Below, in pieces: positions 9,365 to 18,969 of a stretch of 26,073 nt of DNA (positions are counted from its first letter, which is position 1; each line of letters starts with the position of its first letter). This DNA is from a bacterium (GTDB lineage Bacteria > Hinthialibacterota > Hinthialibacteria > Hinthialibacterales > Hinthialibacteraceae). The notes beneath the pieces were generated by a model that was not told where the DNA came from, searched no databases, and worked only from the letters and a program-made list of their open reading frames with translations. A program made the translations under genes and the position numbers. The stretch spans positions 1-26,073 of the forward strand of contig JBHGBC010000082.1 of NCBI GenBank assembly GCA_041946805.1, read 5' to 3'.

Positions 9365-12334
9365 TTACTTCCATTGGCCTTGTGCGTACCGCACCAGGTT
9401 CAGCAGCAGGCGGCCGGCCGCGGGGTGTGCATCGCGGTTCTCCAAAATAGAGGGAGTACTGAGGATGAAGCATCCAGCCCCATGTTTATAAAGGGCGATC
9501 AACAGGCTCGATCCATACCCGCGCGGATAACTGGAATTGCCCGTGGCGAAGGCGGCGGCGATGGTCTCGTCCGGGGTGTCCTGTCCCTCGAACACCTCAT
9601 GCGGGATAACCGGCCCGTAGTAATCCCAATCCATGATGCCCGGCCCCTGCAATCCCTCGAATACCGGATGGCGCTGGGCCACGCACTCTTTGTGATACAA
9701 CCAATCGTTGAATGTACGGCAGACGCCCTGGTTCTTCAACGGCAGCCACTCCAGCGCTTTCGGATTTCGCTGGAATAACATTGGACTGAGAAAGATCACC
9801 CGGCCGCCTTTTTCCATTTTTTGCTTCAGGGCGTCCCAGAGCGGATAAGTTGCGTCCGCATAGCCCGGATTACCCACGAGGATGATTTCCTTTTCAATGT
9901 TCACATGCGGATCGAACGAACGGCAGCCCAGTCCATGTTCCGCCAGCCAATCGCCCGCCTGGGAATCCAATCCCCAAAGCGAGACATCACCCGTCATTTG
10001 GGGAAGATCATCCGGATTGGATACATGGAACGCCAGCCGGCCCCCGGTGGGCGCGCCGCCGCGCTCCAGGCTGGCGGCAAAGGTGTAAACGCCAGCGGGG
10101 CCTTCGATGGGAAATGTTTCACGAAGCACGGGAACCGCCAGCGCCGGTGGATCGGGGACTGTCACCGTGGCCGTTTTCTCCCATGCCGGGCCGTCCGGGC
10201 CGAACACGCGAAACCGCGCGGGATACACGCCCGGCGATAGTACATCCTCGTTGGCCAGCACCGCTTCGAGCGTGATCTCGCGCCCGGCGTACACATGCAT
10301 GGGTTCCGCGAAGAGGCACCAACGCAGCGGCGACCAGCCATCGGCCACGGCGTCGAAGACGGCCGGTTTCCACCGCCGCCAAAAGGTCCACAAGCCCTCG
10401 CCGGTCATGCCGTGATCGAGCATGCCCGTGAGGTTGTATCCGGCCAGTTGGGGATTGGAGCGCACGCAGTTGAATCCGAGCGTCCGCTGCCGGGCGTGCA
10501 GGCGCTGGCTTTCGCGCAGGAGATCCTCCGGGAACGGATAGACCTCCTCGAATCCCAGGCGCTTCCAATCGGCGGCGAGGGCCTCGCTTTGCTCGCGCAG
10601 CAAGGCCGCGTCCTCGAGATCGGGCCGCGCGCCGATTTGTTCGAAATGCCGCCATTCCTCGATCACGTTCATCTCACTGCCGATGCCGTACTCGGAGAGG
10701 AACACCGGCTTGCCCTCCCGCCCCAACTCGCGGAGGAACCGGTTGGTATCCGGCGTTTGCGGCACGCCCGGGTAGAAATGCGCGTCGCCCGCTTTCTCGG
10801 CATATCCTCCCCTCCCCAGTTTGGAAGGAACCGCGCCGGGACCTTCAACGCCCCAGACCGGCTCCCATTCGTTGCCGCCGGGATTGCTGGCCGATCCGAT
10901 GTCCCATTGCCCGTCCCACCGGCCGCTATCGAGCAGCACCAGCCGTGTGGGGTCCAATTTCCGCAGCGCGGGCAGGAATCCCGCCGCCTGCCGGAACACC
11001 GGGCCATCCTGGGTTTCATTGAGCAATCCCCAGATAACCACGCTGGGATGATTGCGGTCGCGGCGGATCATGGCCGAAGTGTTGCGGTCAAAACGTTCGG
11101 CCATTTGCGGCGAATCCTCCAACAACCAGCTGGCGAAACATTCTTCGTACACCAGGAGGCCCAGTTCGTCGCAGAGATCGAGCTGTTCGGGATACGCCAC
11201 CCCCGCAATGAAACGCACCATGTTGAAGCCCGACGCCTTGGCGTAGATCATGTCGCGGCGGCCCAGGTCTCCCACCACGCCGGCTTGTTGGCCCACCGGC
11301 ATGTGATTGCCTGTATGGGTGCTCTTCAAAAAGATCCGTTTCCCATTGAGATGGAAATATCCATCCACGACGCGGAAATCGCGAAATCCGCAACGCACGG
11401 AAAGTTGATGCGGCCGCCCCTCCGCGGCGGCCGTGGCCGCGATTCGATATAAGAAGGGATCCTCCAGGCTCCATAAACGCGGCGGGGCGATGGAGAGGAT
11501 GAATTCATGCTCCGACACTCCCCTGGCAAACTCCACCTGCTGTTCCGAGGTTTGCAACACATCCCCCCCGGCGGCCGGGGCGGCGGCCACCGAAAGAGTG
11601 CCGCGTACGGTCCCGGATCCCGCGTTGCGCGCCGTGACGGTCACGCCGATGTGGCCCGTTTTCACGTCCGGCCGGGCGAATAGGTCGGTGACATAAACCG
11701 GCGGGACCACGCGCAGCTCCACCGGGTATAGGATTCCGCCGCTGTTGTACGACCCGCCGCACATCGGGGGAATATACTTGTTGCGGTGCGGAGTTTGGTT
11801 CAACACGATGCCGTCGATGGGCTGATGCGCCGGATTCAGGACGCGCACGGCCAAGAGATTATCGCCTTCGGCGCGAATGGAATCCGTCACATCGAACTCG
11901 AAGGGCGTTTCTCCTCCCTCGCGGGCGCCCAGGTATACACCGTTGAGCCACACCTCTGCAAGATAATCCACCGCGCCGAACCGGAGCAGCACGCGATGGC
12001 CTTCCACCGGGCCGCATTGGCAACGGAAGGAATGCCAATACCAGGCCACGCCGTGATATCCGGGAAAGACCTGCTGGATCACACCGGGCACCGGCGCTTC
12101 TTCCACCTCGGGCCGTATGTTCTCAAACCACCGTTCCCCGCGGCCCCGGTTACCGGGATCGATTGCCAGCTTCCAACTCCCGCTCAAGGTTTGCGTGAAA
12201 GCGCGGTGAAGCAAATCCGCTTCGTCCGGCGTCCCGGTCGCCGCGGCTGGATTGCCCGCTCCCACCAGAAAGATCCCCACGGCCAACACGGCCGCCCATT
12301 GTGTTCCCCCCATCCGGATAGAATGTTTCATCAT
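9365..12334 (-). CDS. Glycoside hydrolase family 2 (beta-galactosidase/glucuronidase-like), with signal peptide and C-terminal accessory domains
   Basis: TLSGSW, GVAWYW, LRFGAVDYLAEVWLNG, PFEFDVT, LWSLEDPFLY, GFR...FHLNGKRIFLK, RDRNHPSVVIWGLLNE (acid/base), VFLSEYG (nucleophile); signal peptide AAVLAVGIFLVGAGNPAAA. Confidence 0.92.
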   Translation of the reverse strand: MMKHSIRMGGTQWAAVLAVGIFLVGAGNPAAATGTPDEADLLHRAFTQTLSGSWKLAIDPGNRGRGERWFENIRPEVEEAPVPGVIQQVFPGYHGVAWYWHSFRCQCGPVEGHRVLLRFGAVDYLAEVWLNGVYLGAREGGETPFEFDVTDSIRAEGDNLLAVRVLNPAHQPIDGIVLNQTPHRNKYIPPMCGGSYNSGGILYPVELRVVPPVYVTDLFARPDVKTGHIGVTVTARNAGSGTVRGTLSVAAAPAAGGDVLQTSEQQVEFARGVSEHEFILSIAPPRLWSLEDPFLYRIAATAAAEGRPHQLSVRCGFRDFRVVDGYFHLNGKRIFLKSTHTGNHMPVGQQAGVVGDLGRRDMIYAKASGFNMVRFIAGVAYPEQLDLCDELGLLVYEECFASWLLEDSPQMAERFDRNTSAMIRRDRNHPSVVIWGLLNETQDGPVFRQAAGFLPALRKLDPTRLVLLDSGRWDGQWDIGSASNPGGNEWEPVWGVEGPGAVPSKLGRGGYAEKAGDAHFYPGVPQTPDTNRFLRELGREGKPVFLSEYGIGSEMNVIEEWRHFEQIGARPDLEDAALLREQSEALAADWKRLGFEEVYPFPEDLLRESQRLHARQRTLGFNCVRSNPQLAGYNLTGMLDHGMTGEGLWTFWRRWKPAVFDAVADGWSPLRWCLFAEPMHVYAGREITLEAVLANEDVLSPGVYPARFRVFGPDGPAWEKTATVTVPDPPALAVPVLRETFPIEGPAGVYTFAASLERGGAPTGGRLAFHVSNPDDLPQMTGDVSLWGLDSQAGDWLAEHGLGCRSFDPHVNIEKEIILVGNPGYADATYPLWDALKQKMEKGGRVIFLSPMLFQRNPKALEWLPLKNQGVCRTFNDWLYHKECVAQRHPVFEGLQGPGIMDWDYYGPVIPHEVFEGQDTPDETIAAAFATGNSSYPRGYGSSLLIALYKHGAGCFILSTPSILENRDAHPAAGRLLLNLVRYAQGQWK

Positions 12335-12527
12335 TTTTCTTTTCCCGCCCTTTCTTTTTCATGGACTCGATCCCCGCGGAAGCCCCGCCCGGTTTCATCA
12401 TACCATGGCGCGAATCCAGATTCGCCGTTGGGGGGGATCGCGCTAATCAATCTGGATCATCCGGAAAATGCAGACCTCATGGGGATTCTGTTATTCTATT
12501 AACTTTATTGTTCGGGCAGGGAACCAA

Positions 12528-12560
12528 CCCTCTCCCTGCCCCTCTCCCGGAGGGAGAGGG
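12528..12560 (+). repeat. REP-like palindromic element (CCCTCNCCC..CCCTCTCCC-loop-GGGAGAGGG family), copy 1
   Basis: CCCTCTCCCTGCCCCTCTCCCGGAGGGAGAGGG; related copies at 22163-22195 (inverted) and 26034-26073; a degenerate hairpin follows at about 12571-12589. Confidence 0.75.
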
Positions 12561-12921
12561 AATCCTGATCTTCTCCCCGAGGGAAAAGGGATTTCGGGCT
12601 CTCTCCCACCCGCCGAAACGCGGTCCGGCCACACTCCCGGAAAAAAGAAAACACGTATCGGATGAGCCAAATATCCTGTCCTCCCTGAAGACCTGTTCTC
12701 AAGCACAGCCACTGCCTTGAAAAACTGTTCTTGAAAATATATTGACTTTCCAATTCATCCCCTTGATTATAGTCAGAGGATCAAAATCGGCGTATAAAGT
12801 CATTGGAACATATAGATTCCGGTTCGGTGAGGAAGGGCCGGCTCAATCCAGTCCGTCTCACCATTCCGGGATACCCCGGTGTCACGGACAAAGGGGATTC
12901 CGCGCGAACCGGGAGATGAGG

Positions 12922-12941
12922 GCAAGCCGGATCCGGCTTGC
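12922..12941. promoter_or_regulatory. Perfect 20-bp palindrome upstream of the transporter gene (operator or RNA hairpin)
   Basis: GCAAGCCGGATCCGGCTTGC equals its own reverse complement; it ends 46 nt before ATG 12988. Function is unproven. Confidence 0.4.
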
Positions 12942-12987
12942 GGCCGGGATTCCCGCGGCTGACCATAAACCGATAAATAAACAAAAT

Positions 12988-15900
12988 ATGCGAAAACTGT
13001 TGCTGCAAGTTTTCAAGATCTATGAAGGGGAGGGGTACAAGGTTTTCCTGTTCGCTCTCGCGGGAGCCCTTCTGCATGCGGGCATTTCCATTGGATCGGT
13101 GGCGTCCGACGCCTTGTTCTTGACCCGCCTGGGCGCGGAGAGACTATCGTATATCTATTTTGTTTTGCCCGGCATCATGATCGCCGTGGCCGCGCCGCTC
13201 TCGTATCTGACCGGCAAATGGGGAGCCCACCGGATCCAGTTCCTCTCGTTCTTCGCTTTGTTGGGCGGCGGGGCGGTGATCACGCTGACATTGGCCCTGA
13301 TCAGCAGCCCCTCCAGCCATGCCGATTGGCTGTATTTCGGGATCAAGTTATATGCCTGCCTGTGGTCCATTCTCGGTTTCACCGTGTTTTGGAACTACGT
13401 GGACGCCTATTTCGATATTCTCAGCGCCAAGCGGCTGTTTCCCGTGCTCGGCGGGGCCACCACGTTCGGAGCGATGGCCGGCGGCTGGCTGGTCATGGTA
13501 TTCATGGACTACGGCTGGAACGTCAACGCCTTGTTCGTGATCGGCGGAATCACCGCCCTCCCGGCCTGCATCCCCGTGGCCGCGGCCTGCCGGTCCCTTC
13601 CCCCCAGCCGCGGATACGATGAGGAGGAACTCTCTTTTTCGCACCAAATGCTCCAACTGGCCCAGACGTACCGCCAATCCCGTTATGTGATCTTCCTGAC
13701 CCTCTCCACGTTCCTGATCATGATCGTCATGAATTTCTGCGAATTTCAGTACATGCGGATCTTCAATCAGCGGACGATCAGCGACACGGCGCTGGCCGCC
13801 TTGTTCGGCCGCCTGTTCCTGGTGGTCAACGTTTTCAATACCGTTTTCACTCTTTTCGTCTTCAACCGGATGATCTTCACCCTGGGCGTGCGCAACACCT
13901 CCCTGATCCAGCCCGTGGCCTATCTGGTGTCATTCGCGGCCTACGTGTTCCTGGGCGGATATCCCGGCCCGATGTACAACGCCGCGATTTTCGGTTTCTT
14001 CGTCCTGCAAGGCATTCACGCGGCCATGGAGGACAACAACTGGAATTTCATGCTGAATCCGGTTCCCCAGCGGGTGCGGCCGCCGGTGCGGGCCTTTTTG
14101 GAAGGCGTGGTGGATCCCCTGGGCGGGGCCGCCGCCGGATTTTTCCTGATCCTGATGAACCAGCATTGGCAATGGTCCCACACCCAGGTTTCCCTTTTCG
14201 GGACGGGGCTTTCCGGCTTGTTGTTGATCGCGGTGTTAGGCAAACGCCATTATTACATGAACACCCTCATCGAAAACCTCCGCGCCGAATGGTTGGATTT
14301 TTCCACCGCGGATCAAGAGATCTTCCCCGAACTGGAAAACGAAGGGCGGGAGGCGCTGGCGGCCATCAGCCAAGGCGATAACCTGGACGATGCGCGGCTG
14401 GCCTGTTGGATTCTCTGGAAAGTGGACCGTCTCCGGGCGGCGCCGTACATACTGGATTTACTCGAACGGTGCCCCCTCGAAAGCCGGCCGCCGGTTCTGG
14501 ACCTGGTTTCCGGAATCCTGGCGGAGCGGGACAGCGAAATCACCCGGCTGGTCATCGCCTGGATGATGGACCATCCCGCCGCCGTGAGTTCCGCCATGAT
14601 TCAACAACTCGGCCCCCACCGCCTGGTGCACGACGCCGCCGCCTCCCTCCTGATGCAATCCCCCGATCCCAACGAACGCGGCGCGGCCTCCACCGTCCTC
14701 TGGCACAGCTGGGACATCGACAACAACGCCCGGGCCATGGCGGCCACCCGCACCCTTCTGGAGGGGAATCCGGAAGAGCGGAAGGCCGGCATCCGAACCC
14801 TGGCCACCACCGGCCAATGCCATTACGCCCATTACCTCATCCCCTTTATTCAGGAAGACGATCCGGAAGTGCGCCGGACGGCCAAATGGGCGATTTGCCG
14901 CCTGGCGGACGAGGCCTCCAGCCGCGATCTGGGCACGGTCCTGGAATTCGCGCGCGAGGAAGATCCGGAAATCCGCGGCTTGGCCTTGCAAGCCCTCTCC
15001 CGGATCGGGGATTCCCAGAGCATCGCCCCCCTCCTGGGAATGGCGGACGCCTTTTCCCCCCACGAGCAGCGCCGCGTGTATCAGGTCATCATGGACATCG
15101 GCCTGCGCAGCATCCCCGCCATCGCGGGAGTGGTGCGGGATCCACACTATCCCTATGCCGGCCGGCGCATCGCCGCGCGCGCCATCGCCCGGCTGGCGTT
15201 TCCCCAATTGCTCTCGGCCATCCCCACGATCATCCAGCAAGAAATCCGCCGGGCTTATCAAATCCTCTGCTTTCACTCCGTCCTGGCAAACGTGAACTTC
15301 CCTTCCCATGGGATTCGGGTCCTATCGCGGTACTACCGGGACGAACAACAGGCCACGCTGGAGTTCATCCTGGAAATCCTGGCCCTGGGGGGGCAGATCC
15401 CCAGCCACGAGATGATCGCCTCGTCGCTGCGATCCAACAATCCCAAAATCCGCGGCGACGCGATCGAAACCCTCGAACAGGCCGTCAGCCGTCCCACCTT
15501 CCGCGCGCTTCTTCCCTTGGTGGACGGCCGCCCCACGGAAGACAAGATCCGCTTTTACTTCAAGCGCTTTCGCGCCGGAAAACTCTCCGCCTCCCAAGTG
15601 GTCGACCTCGCCTGGTCCAGCCAGGACGAGTTGGAACGGGCGGCCGCCGCGCAGACGTTGTGGGATTTGACCGGCGCCCCGCCGCACGCCCTGGGTGACG
15701 ATGATCCGCTCTCCCGGCCGAAGCCGGAGGTTTTGAACCGGATCACGGCAGGCTTGGACGGCGCCCCGCCCCTCCTCAAAAACCTCCTGTTCTCCATCCT
15801 GTTCCGGGAAGCCGGACGGGATGTTCCGGACACCTTGATCGAGCGGATCGCGCTGCTGGGCGAAAACGGGCTGTTCAGCGGCATCGGCACGCGGGAACTG

Positions 15901-16242
15901 GCGGTCCTGGCCGGGGGAATCACGCTCGTGTCTTATCCCGCCGGCGCTTATATCTATATGGAAGGCGATCCCGTGGACGCGGTCTATTGGATCCGGGAGG
16001 GTGAAGTGTTGCTGCGATCGCCGGCCCGGGTGGAAACCCGGTCCGCCGGCCAGAACTTCGGGGAAGAACTGCTGTTCGGAACGCCCCGCCGGCTCCAGGA
16101 CGCGTCCGCGGACCCCATGACCGGATACCGCCTGGACCGGGAGACGTTCCAGCACAATGCCCAGACCTATTCGCGGATTGCGATCGCCCTCTGGGAGCAC
16201 GCGATGCAACATCCGGGAATCCGGAAGGCGCACGATGGATAA
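12988..16242 (+). CDS. NTT/TLC-like MFS transporter fused to HEAT repeats and a C-terminal cyclic-nucleotide-binding domain
   Basis: About 12 TM segments with DALFLTRLGAERL and FWNYVDAYFDILSAKRLFPVLGG (TLC-type motif); HEAT-like DDPEVRRTAKWAI, EDPEIRGLALQALSRIGD, NNPKIRGDAIETLE; cNMP domain LIERIALL..LFS..YPAGAYIYMEGDPVDAVYWIREGEV..FGE..PRR. Start moved to ATG 12988. Confidence 0.88.
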   Translation: MRKLLLQVFKIYEGEGYKVFLFALAGALLHAGISIGSVASDALFLTRLGAERLSYIYFVLPGIMIAVAAPLSYLTGKWGAHRIQFLSFFALLGGGAVITLTLALISSPSSHADWLYFGIKLYACLWSILGFTVFWNYVDAYFDILSAKRLFPVLGGATTFGAMAGGWLVMVFMDYGWNVNALFVIGGITALPACIPVAAACRSLPPSRGYDEEELSFSHQMLQLAQTYRQSRYVIFLTLSTFLIMIVMNFCEFQYMRIFNQRTISDTALAALFGRLFLVVNVFNTVFTLFVFNRMIFTLGVRNTSLIQPVAYLVSFAAYVFLGGYPGPMYNAAIFGFFVLQGIHAAMEDNNWNFMLNPVPQRVRPPVRAFLEGVVDPLGGAAAGFFLILMNQHWQWSHTQVSLFGTGLSGLLLIAVLGKRHYYMNTLIENLRAEWLDFSTADQEIFPELENEGREALAAISQGDNLDDARLACWILWKVDRLRAAPYILDLLERCPLESRPPVLDLVSGILAERDSEITRLVIAWMMDHPAAVSSAMIQQLGPHRLVHDAAASLLMQSPDPNERGAASTVLWHSWDIDNNARAMAATRTLLEGNPEERKAGIRTLATTGQCHYAHYLIPFIQEDDPEVRRTAKWAICRLADEASSRDLGTVLEFAREEDPEIRGLALQALSRIGDSQSIAPLLGMADAFSPHEQRRVYQVIMDIGLRSIPAIAGVVRDPHYPYAGRRIAARAIARLAFPQLLSAIPTIIQQEIRRAYQILCFHSVLANVNFPSHGIRVLSRYYRDEQQATLEFILEILALGGQIPSHEMIASSLRSNNPKIRGDAIETLEQAVSRPTFRALLPLVDGRPTEDKIRFYFKRFRAGKLSASQVVDLAWSSQDELERAAAAQTLWDLTGAPPHALGDDDPLSRPKPEVLNRITAGLDGAPPLLKNLLFSILFREAGRDVPDTLIERIALLGENGLFSGIGTRELAVLAGGITLVSYPAGAYIYMEGDPVDAVYWIREGEVLLRSPARVETRSAGQNFGEELLFGTPRRLQDASADPMTGYRLDRETFQHNAQTYSRIAIALWEHAMQHPGIRKAHDG

Positions 16243-18580
16243 AAAACCGTATCGGATCGGTATTCAAACCCTGTACATGGCGCTGCTGCTTCCCCTGCTC
16301 GGCGTCCTGACGGTGGTCATGGCCGTGGTGATTCACAACGATCTGTACCGCCGGATCGAGGATGGATTCAACCGGAAATTGGAAGCCATCAGCCTGGCGG
16401 CCGGAGCCTTCCTGGACGGAGACCAGCAGGAGGATTTGCTGCGACCTCGAGTCCTGACCGGTCTTACGTATGTAACTTCCCGGGATGCGTTGTTCGCTAT
16501 CGACCGTGATCAAAAAGACCTCGTCCGGATCGATCCCGATGACGGCGGGCCTCACCGGATAGGCCCCACCGGCGCGGACGGTCCCCTGGCGCTGGCTTAC
16601 GATCCCGTCCGCGACGTATTGTACGGCCTCGAGCCGGCCGGCGGCCGGTTGATGACGTTGAATCCCGATACCGGCGAGGCCCGGCCGGCCGGTCCCGCGG
16701 TAGCGGCGGGCAGCGGGCTGGTCTTTCATGCCCGGGAAGGCGCACTCTACGCGAGCGGCGCGAAATGGCTCCGGTTCAATCCGAAAACGCAAACCTGGCT
16801 GCCTGTGGGGCCCATGGAAGGAGAAACGATCACCGGCCTGGCTTACGATCCGGTCCGGGACCGGATTTTGGCCCTGGACAACCAAGGCAAGCGATTGCTG
16901 TCGGTCGATTCCAAATCCGGCCGCGTGAAAGTCATCGGCGGTCTCTCGTTCACGGACGCCGGCCAGTCCATCCGGGAATCACTCCGGCAAGCCTACTCCA
17001 ACCCGGCGGACTTGGAGGAAGACTTGCGGCGGATCGAGGAGTACGACCGGCTGCGGGAAACCGGGAAACCGGAAGAAACCGCCGCGGCCTGGCATCGGAT
17101 CCGGAAAATCGCCGGGTACACGGTGGCCGAGCTCGACACCCGCGCGGAAGAAGAGGGTGAGCGTCCCCTGCCCCAGGCATCCGCAACCGATTTTCAGGGA
17201 CTGGCCTGGGATTCCCGCCAACAACGGCTGTTCACCTGCGCGGCCCGCCTGATCCGCGTGGATCCGGAGTCGGGATCGTGTTGGGAGACCGGCTGGTGGG
17301 ACCATTTCCGCAATGAGATCAGCCAACCGTACCTGGAAACCATCCTGCCCATGCGGCGTATCTGGAAAAAACTCAACATCACGTATCTCTGCACGTTCCG
17401 CCGCCCGGCGGAAGGCAGCTGGGATGACGAAGTCTACGTGCTGGATGTCGACTACGGGTCCAAACACGTGGCCATCGGCTACCGGGAATCCTTCCAGGAA
17501 GGGGAAGGAGCCTTGATCTATAACAAGGTGAATACCGGGGGTGTGTATACGTCCGGCATCACGAACTGGGGGGAATGGGGTCTGCTGAAATCGGGCTACG
17601 CGCCGATTTACAATTCCGCCAATCAGGTCTGGGGCGTCGTGGGAACCGACATCGATGTCTCCATTCTCGCCACCAAAACCCGCATGGTCCTGTTGAAGAC
17701 CATCGGGATCGGTTTATTCGCCTTCCTGCTCGCGGGCTTGATCGCATACGGCATCACGCTGGCCCTCCTGAAGCCGATCCAGCAATTGATCGACAAAACC
17801 CTGATCGTCGCCGCGGGCCGGTACGGGGAATGCGCTCCCCCCCAAGGACCAACCGAATTCCGCCGCCTCTGCCTGGCTTTCAACCAAATGAGCCAATCCC
17901 TGCAAACCTACTTTCAAGAAAAAATCCAGGCGAACCAGCGCCTGCAAGCCCTATCGGCCCGCCGCAAACTGGAAAGCCGGCTCCAGGAAGAGATCGGGCA
18001 AGAATCCGGTCCCGGGGTACTGGAATATACGGCCACTAGCTTTTGCGGCGCGGACCACTTCCACAACCTTTCCGGTTTTGTGAGTCTGCCGGGCGCCTTC
18101 CTGGCGTGGGCGGGTTTCCATGATGGAAACAGTTTGGAGGCGCTGAAGATCCACTGGATTACAACCCTCGCGGCGCGGGCGCTTCTCCGGCGGCACGGCC
18201 CCCATTGGGAGACCATTGCGCCGCGGCTGCGGGACTTTTATCCCGAAGCGATTGCCTGGTTTCTTCTCATGGATACGGGGACCGGCAGGACTCACTCGCT
18301 CCAGCGCCGTCCCGCCCATTATTTTTTCTGGGACCGGGAATTCTTGCGGCACTGGCCGGAGTGGGAAAATCAACCACGGATTTTGGAGCCGGGACAATTC
18401 CTGATTCTCAGTTCCATCAGCCCCGGACGCTGGCAAGGCATCGCGCCGGGCTTATTCACCGCGCCGGACCTGGATTCCGCCGGCCTGCGGAACTCGATCC
18501 GCGAATTTTTCCAACGAAACCTCCCGTCCGGGGAGTTCGAGAATCTCACCGTGACGGTGATCCAAAGATCCGGTTCATGA
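16235..18580 (+). CDS. Membrane sensor: TM - Cache-like domain with inserted beta-propeller - TM - HAMP - degenerate SpoIIE/PP2C-like domain
   Basis: TM1 LYMALLLPLLGVLTVVMAVVI; repeated GLAYDP-type blades; Cache-like EWGLLKSGYAPIYNSANQVWGVVGTDIDVS; TM2; HAMP KPIQQL..AAGRY..TEFRRLCLAFNQMSQSL; C-terminus ends ENLTVTVIQRS. ATG 16235 overlaps the upstream stop. Confidence 0.8.
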   Translation: MDKKPYRIGIQTLYMALLLPLLGVLTVVMAVVIHNDLYRRIEDGFNRKLEAISLAAGAFLDGDQQEDLLRPRVLTGLTYVTSRDALFAIDRDQKDLVRIDPDDGGPHRIGPTGADGPLALAYDPVRDVLYGLEPAGGRLMTLNPDTGEARPAGPAVAAGSGLVFHAREGALYASGAKWLRFNPKTQTWLPVGPMEGETITGLAYDPVRDRILALDNQGKRLLSVDSKSGRVKVIGGLSFTDAGQSIRESLRQAYSNPADLEEDLRRIEEYDRLRETGKPEETAAAWHRIRKIAGYTVAELDTRAEEEGERPLPQASATDFQGLAWDSRQQRLFTCAARLIRVDPESGSCWETGWWDHFRNEISQPYLETILPMRRIWKKLNITYLCTFRRPAEGSWDDEVYVLDVDYGSKHVAIGYRESFQEGEGALIYNKVNTGGVYTSGITNWGEWGLLKSGYAPIYNSANQVWGVVGTDIDVSILATKTRMVLLKTIGIGLFAFLLAGLIAYGITLALLKPIQQLIDKTLIVAAGRYGECAPPQGPTEFRRLCLAFNQMSQSLQTYFQEKIQANQRLQALSARRKLESRLQEEIGQESGPGVLEYTATSFCGADHFHNLSGFVSLPGAFLAWAGFHDGNSLEALKIHWITTLAARALLRRHGPHWETIAPRLRDFYPEAIAWFLLMDTGTGRTHSLQRRPAHYFFWDREFLRHWPEWENQPRILEPGQFLILSSISPGRWQGIAPGLFTAPDLDSAGLRNSIREFFQRNLPSGEFENLTVTVIQRSGS

Positions 18581-18969
18581 ATCTCATCACGCGAGTTTTT
18601 GTGTTGAAAAAAATCCCGCCGTTCCAGGAATTGCTGGACTCGGAGTTGTGCCTCATCGCCCGCATCGCCCGGTCCCGGCGGTATCCCCCGGGCGGAGTGA
18701 TCGCGGGCGCCGGCACGCCGCTCTCCCGGCTGTATATCGTGGCGGAGGGATATTTGCAATTGGCCGACGGGACGGTCCTGCCCCGGATTCTGGGCCTGGC
18801 CTCCCTGCTGTTCGAACAAACCGCACCCCTCGATGTCATGGCCGCCCCCGGCCGGGAAACGGTCTGCCTGACGATCAACAAGGACCACTTTTTCACGTTG
18901 ATTCATGAATGCCCCGCGTTTGTCCTGGGGCTGTTGCAACAAGTCTATCCTGAAAAGGTACTCCTATGA
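18577..18969 (+). CDS. Stand-alone cyclic-nucleotide-binding-fold protein (130 aa, degenerate phosphate-binding cassette)
   Basis: MNLITRVFVLKKIPPFQELLDSELCLIARIARSRRYPPGGVI..GTP..RLYIVAEG...CLTINKDHFFTLIHECPAFVLGLL. ATGA overlaps at both ends (18577-18580, 18966-18969); it is the C-terminal part of track ORF 18205..18969. Confidence 0.85.
   Translation: MNLITRVFVLKKIPPFQELLDSELCLIARIARSRRYPPGGVIAGAGTPLSRLYIVAEGYLQLADGTVLPRILGLASLLFEQTAPLDVMAAPGRETVCLTINKDHFFTLIHECPAFVLGLLQQVYPEKVLL

Noticed and set aside
12742..12987. TTG-started 82-aa extension of the transporter
   Set aside because: Unstructured-looking translation over promoter-like and hairpin sequence; TLC-like sequence begins at ATG 12988.
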